In this document: in pieces, positions 38,074 through 41,378 of the stretch
Layout of the letters: every line of letters starts with the position of its first letter
How positions within the stretch are numbered: the stretch's first letter is position 1
Assembly: GCA_001781915.1 (NCBI GenBank)
Contig: MFMU01000009.1
Span: 7,449 to 48,826 of the forward strand
Direction: 5' to 3'
From: Candidatus Kaiserbacteria bacterium RIFOXYD1_FULL_47_14
GTDB taxonomy: Bacteria; Patescibacteriota; Minisyncoccia; Phycocordibacterales; Phycocordibacteraceae
DNA length: 41,378 nt
Program-made: the position numbers and the translations under genes
Notes under the pieces: generated by a model
Databases searched by the model: none
The model's input: the letters and a program-made list of their open reading frames with translations, nothing else
Told to the model about the DNA's origin: nothing

Positions 38074-39067
38074 TATGAATGAATGCACGAATAGCATCTG
38101 CTATGTGGAGAACATCGAGTCCATAGTGAGCGAGCAATTCGTCTGGCTGGCCTGACTGACCAAATTGATCCTGTATACCCAGTCGATGTATCGGCACGGG
38201 ATACTGTTCAGAAAGAAATTCAGTAATCGCACTTCCGAAACCGCCCGCGACTTGATGTTCTTCAATGGTGACGACGCGGCCCGCACGCTTCGCCACATCG
38301 AGCACCGCTTCAGTATCGAGCGGCTTTACGGTCGGTACATGGAGAACGACACACTCGATGCCTTCTTCGGCGAGCGTGCGGGCCGCACAAAGTGCCGTAT
38401 ATCCTAACGAACCAGTCGAAAGAATCGCAATTTTGAGCGTTCCTCCGCCAACTGGCGAATCCCAGAGAAGAAGCGCTTTCCCTATTTCAAATGGTGTTTC
38501 TGAAGTTGTAAAAGTCGGTGTTACTGCACGACCGAAACGAATGTATATCGGTCCATCGGTTGTCGCTGCAGCAACGATTGCCTTCCGCGCTTCTTCTGCA
38601 TCGCACGGCGCAATCACCGTCATATTCGGAAGCATGCGCATCATACCAATATCCTCAAGCATCTGGTGGGTCGCTCCATCAGGACCGACTGAAACGCCCG
38701 CATGCATTCCGCATATCTTTACTGACATCTGATTAAGCGCGATAGTGGTGCGAATGTGTTCATAATTTCTGCCCGGACTGAACACGGCGTAGGACGCAAT
38801 AAAAGGAATTTTCCCTGCAGCCGCCATGCCAGCGGCAACTCCTGCCATATTCTGCTCGGCAACGCCCATTTCAACAAAACGATCAGGGAACTCTTTCTGA
38901 AACTGTTCAGCGCGCGTGCTCTCAGAAACATCAGCGCAGAGCACGACGACGCGCGAGTCGGCTTTTCCTGCTTCCACTGCGCCACTTCCAAAACCATCGC
39001 GCATCGGAGCTTTTTCGATATCGTCCGCGAACACTTTTGCTGACATTCTTGCATCAGGATTAATCAT
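38069..39067 (-). CDS. tkt: Transketolase, C-terminal subunit (pyrimidine-binding and C-terminal domains)
   Basis: Present are MRDGFGSGAVEAGKAD..VVVLCADVSESTR, FVEMGVAEQNMAGVAAGMA and GATHQMLEDIGMMRMLPNM. The start at 39067 overlaps the N-subunit stop by 8 nt (ATGATTAA). An alternative ATG lies at 39046. Confidence 0.88.
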   Translation of the reverse strand: MINPDARMSAKVFADDIEKAPMRDGFGSGAVEAGKADSRVVVLCADVSESTRAEQFQKEFPDRFVEMGVAEQNMAGVAAGMAAAGKIPFIASYAVFSPGRNYEHIRTTIALNQMSVKICGMHAGVSVGPDGATHQMLEDIGMMRMLPNMTVIAPCDAEEARKAIVAAATTDGPIYIRFGRAVTPTFTTSETPFEIGKALLLWDSPVGGGTLKIAILSTGSLGYTALCAARTLAEEGIECVVLHVPTVKPLDTEAVLDVAKRAGRVVTIEEHQVAGGFGSAITEFLSEQYPVPIHRLGIQDQFGQSGQPDELLAHYGLDVLHIADAIRAFIHI

Positions 39068-39944
39068 GGCGGATTTCTTTAAGGAATCGTTCTCCTTCTT
39101 CATCTGTAGGCACTTTCCCGTGCCAATGATAATCATTTTCAATCTCCGGCACGCCCTTGCCGGGAATCGTGTGTGCGATAATGAGCGTCGGTTTTTCATC
39201 TATCGTTTTTGCTTCATCAATTGCTTGTATAAACTCTGTGATGTTGTGCCCATCGACTTCAAGCACATGCCAATTGAATGCGCGATATTTATCAGCGAGC
39301 GGTTCGAGCGGCATTATATCCTCGGTCATACCACCTATCTGTATATTGTTGCGATCTATAATCGCAGTCAAATTTGAAAGTTTATTTTTCCCGATGAACA
39401 TCGCCGCCTCCCAGGTGCTTCCTTCTTCCTGCTCGCCATCGCTCATCACACAGTAAATGCGCCGCCCATGTTTGGATATCGGAAGTCCCACATCTGATGT
39501 GGGACTTCCGATATCCCACATTTTATCGTCCATACGAAAGGCGTACGCTATACCAGCCGCCTGCGAGAGACCTTCGCCAAGCGGACCTGATGTGGTTTCA
39601 ACACCCGGCAATACTAAACGATCAGGATGCCCCTGGAGTCGGCTGCCAAACTTCCGTAGTGAGAGACATTCTTCAATAGGGAAATAGCCAGCGTGTGCCA
39701 TCGTCGCATAGAGTACCGGACAAATATGCCCGTTTGAGAGAACGAGCCGATCGCGCTCTTCCCACTCGGGCCACTTCGGATCGTGATTGAGAATATGAAA
39801 ATAAAATGCTGCAAAGATATCCGCCATACCGAGAGAACCAGCCGTGTGTCCGCTTCCTGCGGCAACAAGCATCTGAACAATTGTCTCGCGAATTGACTTC
39901 GCTCGTTTTTCCAGTGTGAGTAATTGCTCTTCAGTGAGTGCCAT
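39060..39944 (-). CDS. tkt: Transketolase, N-terminal (thiamine-diphosphate-binding) subunit
   Basis: Present are GSGHTAGSLGMADIFAAFYF, RDRLVLSNGH, LQGHP, VMSDGEQEEGSTWEAAMF and IIDRNNIQIGG. The gene contains an in-frame REP-B doublet at 39463-39521. Confidence 0.9.
   Translation of the reverse strand: MALTEEQLLTLEKRAKSIRETIVQMLVAAGSGHTAGSLGMADIFAAFYFHILNHDPKWPEWEERDRLVLSNGHICPVLYATMAHAGYFPIEECLSLRKFGSRLQGHPDRLVLPGVETTSGPLGEGLSQAAGIAYAFRMDDKMWDIGSPTSDVGLPISKHGRRIYCVMSDGEQEEGSTWEAAMFIGKNKLSNLTAIIDRNNIQIGGMTEDIMPLEPLADKYRAFNWHVLEVDGHNITEFIQAIDEAKTIDEKPTLIIAHTIPGKGVPEIENDYHWHGKVPTDEEGERFLKEIRHD
39463..39521. repeat. REP-B doublet (REPIN-like) in frame inside the transketolase N-subunit gene
   Basis: A perfect 20-bp inverted repeat pairs GGATATCGGAAGTCCCACAT (39474-39493) with ATGTGGGACTTCCGATATCC (39497-39516). 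The overlapping unit ATGTGGGACTTCCGATATCCCACAT spans 39497-39521. The left flank CGCCCATGTTTGGA is identical to that of the trmD element. The doublet is translated as MWDIGSPTSDVGLPISKHGR. Confidence 0.9.
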
Positions 39945-39951
39945 TCCTTCT

Positions 39952-39957
39952 AGTATA
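39952..39957 (-). promoter_or_regulatory. Extended -10 box TGtTATACT, 7 nt before the tkt N-subunit ATG
   Basis: The minus strand reads TGTATACT agaagga ATG(39944). Confidence 0.45.
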
Positions 39958-39959
39958 CA

Positions 39960-40673
39960 TTACACCCCATAAGGACTCTGAAGTTCTTCAAATGCCGCGA
40001 TGGCAGCAGCAGGATCGCTGGAGCGTACAATGGCAGAACCGATAATGATACTCGACACACCAAGCGCAACGAGTTTTTTTACTTGTTCAAGAGAAACGCC
40101 GCCATCAACCTGAAGAGGAATGTCCGGATGCCGTGCGTGGAATATTCGTATTTTTTCGAAGACACGCTCATCAAAGGACTGTCCTTGTCGCCCTATATTC
40201 ACAATGCCCATAAATTGCACAAATTCAATCTCACCAATACAGAGTTCGATGAGCGCGATATCGCTCGCGATATTGAGCGCAAGACCGAAAGAAATAAGAG
40301 GTGCTAATCCGCCAGCGCCATACCGTCTGCGAACAGACGAGAGAAGTCGCTGTACATTAGAAGCGCTCTCGGCATGAAAAGTGATGCGCGAGACACCGAG
40401 TGCGAGCCACGATTCGATGACACTTTCAGCGTCAAGGCACATCAGATCAATCTCATACACAAGACGGTCGAGATGCGGGAGCATCTCGCCACTCGCAACC
40501 ATAGTGTGTAATTCTGCAGGAGCGATATAGGGCCACGATGCTGGCGAAGCGAATCGACCATCGACCACATCAATCTGCACCCGGCTAACTGAATTGATCC
40601 GAGAAAAAAGTTCCAACTTCTCTTCAAGCTCATGCTTTGAAGAAGGAAGTACGGCCGGGACAACAATGCCCAT
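39960..40673 (-). CDS. rpe: Ribulose-phosphate 3-epimerase-like TIM-barrel protein (divergent)
   Basis: The landmarks QIDVVDGRF, DLMC, ITFHAES, VQFMGI..G.QGQSF, QVDGGV and IIGSAI are collinear with RPE-family landmarks. The start at 40673 is supported by a TATACT box 7 nt upstream, and the extension to 40739 is rejected. Confidence 0.65.
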   Translation of the reverse strand: MGIVVPAVLPSSKHELEEKLELFSRINSVSRVQIDVVDGRFASPASWPYIAPAELHTMVASGEMLPHLDRLVYEIDLMCLDAESVIESWLALGVSRITFHAESASNVQRLLSSVRRRYGAGGLAPLISFGLALNIASDIALIELCIGEIEFVQFMGIVNIGRQGQSFDERVFEKIRIFHARHPDIPLQVDGGVSLEQVKKLVALGVSSIIIGSAIVRSSDPAAAIAAFEELQSPYGV

Positions 40674-40680
40674 GCATATA

Positions 40681-40686
40681 AGTATA
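40681..40686 (-). promoter_or_regulatory. -10 box TATACT, 7 nt before the rpe-like ATG
   Basis: The minus strand reads GGTCTATACT tatatgc ATG(40673). Confidence 0.45.
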
Positions 40687-40725
40687 GACCAGAAAAGTGC
40701 AAGTGGATTCTGGGTGTTGCGCGAA

Positions 40726-41163
40726 CTAGAACTTTGCAAGCCGTCGCGCGTGGCGTGGAGAATCAGAAAATGGTGTTTCGAGAAATTGCTTCACAGCTTC
40801 CTTCGCTTCTTCTGGAGTGATACATTGGGCGCCGAGTGAAAGCATGTTTGCATTATTATGTTCGCGAGAGAGTTTAATAATTTCTTGCGGACCGCCATAA
40901 AAAACGGCGGCGCGTACGCCGCGTACGCGATTCGCACACATCGCTTCTCCCTCGCCTGATTTTCCGATAACAATACCGCGAGCAGCCGCATCTGATGCGG
41001 CTGCTCGCGCGCAAGGCGTTACAAAATCCGGATAATCATCTTCAGGATTGAACACATATGCTCCCATATCTTCTACCTCATATCCAAGCATGCGAATCTG
41101 TTCAATGAGTACGCTCTTAAGCGCGAATCCTGCATGATCGGAAGCAATAAATACTTTAGACAT
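40726..41163 (-). CDS. rpiB: Ribose-5-phosphate isomerase B
   Basis: Present are MSKVFIASDHAGFALK, GIVIGKSGEGEAMCANRVRGVRAA and EHNNANMLSLG. The start overlaps the gap stop by 8 nt. Confidence 0.9.
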   Translation of the reverse strand: MSKVFIASDHAGFALKSVLIEQIRMLGYEVEDMGAYVFNPEDDYPDFVTPCARAAASDAAARGIVIGKSGEGEAMCANRVRGVRAAVFYGGPQEIIKLSREHNNANMLSLGAQCITPEEAKEAVKQFLETPFSDSPRHARRLAKF

Positions 41164-41378
41164 TCCCTGTAGCGATTACATGTTTTATTAAACTTTCTGC
41201 ATATCCCATCTCGTTATCATACCAAGCGAGAATCTTCACGAGATTTCCGTCCACAACGCGCGTCATCGAGAGATCCGCGACAGAGGCGCAAAGCATACCG
41301 ATAATATCACTTGACACTAATTCTTCGTCAGTCGTCGAGAAGAGACATTCCCAGCGCGGTTTCGAGGCGGCAGCGCGC
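41156..41378 (-). CDS. gap: Glyceraldehyde-3-phosphate dehydrogenase, C-terminal fragment (5' part lies beyond the window)
   Basis: My translation of the minus strand gives ...SSDIIGMLCASVADLSMTRVVDGNLVKILAWYDNEMGYAESLIKHVIATGNV*. WYDNE.GY is the GAPDH C-terminal signature. Confidence 0.85.
   Translation of the reverse strand, partial: RAAASKPRWECLFSTTDEELVSSDIIGMLCASVADLSMTRVVDGNLVKILAWYDNEMGYAESLIKHVIATGNV

Noticed and set aside
40911-40928. Tandem 9-mer CGCGTACGC CGCGTACGC in rpiB
   Set aside because: It encodes the conserved RpiB segment ANRVRGVRAA. The repeat is a by-product of two Val-Arg codon pairs and not an inserted element.
1-41378. Alternative genetic code (UGA recoded, as in some candidate-phyla lineages)
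   Set aside because: Long homology-supported ORFs are uninterrupted under the standard code. TGA terminates ORFs at sensible ends (the Fic gene at 26520 and the thioredoxin-like gene at 25491). The missing rpoB and gap ORFs in the track are explained by the window edges.

Overview
This is a gene-dense 41.4-kb stretch of a small bacterial genome, almost entirely housekeeping. From gene content and many domain-minimised proteins I infer a Patescibacteria/CPR-like organism. The code is standard: TAA, TAG and TGA all end ORFs where homologues end. I call about 37 confident protein genes plus three speculative small ORFs. The genes are rpoB (5' part), trmD, a KH protein, rpsP, rnr, a 744-aa smc, rnc, a nusB-Nudix fusion, rpmF, rnhB, dnaE, thrS, gyrB, pheST, a GT2 synthase, a CxxC thioredoxin-fold protein, a Fic enzyme, tsf, rpsB, prfA, rpmE, a 900-aa repeat-rich surface protein, a coiled-coil muralytic protein and rplY. 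There is also a sugar-phosphate cluster: fba, a PfkB kinase, split tkt, an rpe-like gene, rpiB and gap. There is one tRNA-Thr(UGU), no rRNA and no CRISPR. The strongest signal is a repeat system rather than an operon. Two diverged IS200/RAYT-like Y1 (HUH) transposase genes are each bracketed by their own cognate palindrome, and each carries a copy of that palindrome at the same position inside its own reading frame. Related palindromes and REPIN-like doublets (ATGTGGGA..TCCCACAT and GGAC..GTCC types, some with a GTAG head) sit in frame inside essential genes (transketolase, trmD, RNase HII, pheT) and in several spacers. This resembles Rickettsia palindromic elements, but here the candidate mobilising enzymes are in the same window. 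A third palindrome family brackets an orphan gene wedged between rnc and smc. A second theme is promoter architecture. About 20 core genes have a TAnnnT -10 box 6-9 nt before the start codon (leaderless type), while two orphan genes use strong Shine-Dalgarno leaders. Other oddities are an SMC with no visible hinge, an RF1 lacking domain 1, truncated PheS and ThrRS, a Fic/RAYT AT-rich islet at the 3' end of the tRNA, and a tRNA T-loop with C at position 55. All homology calls come from motif recognition by eye; no searches were run.
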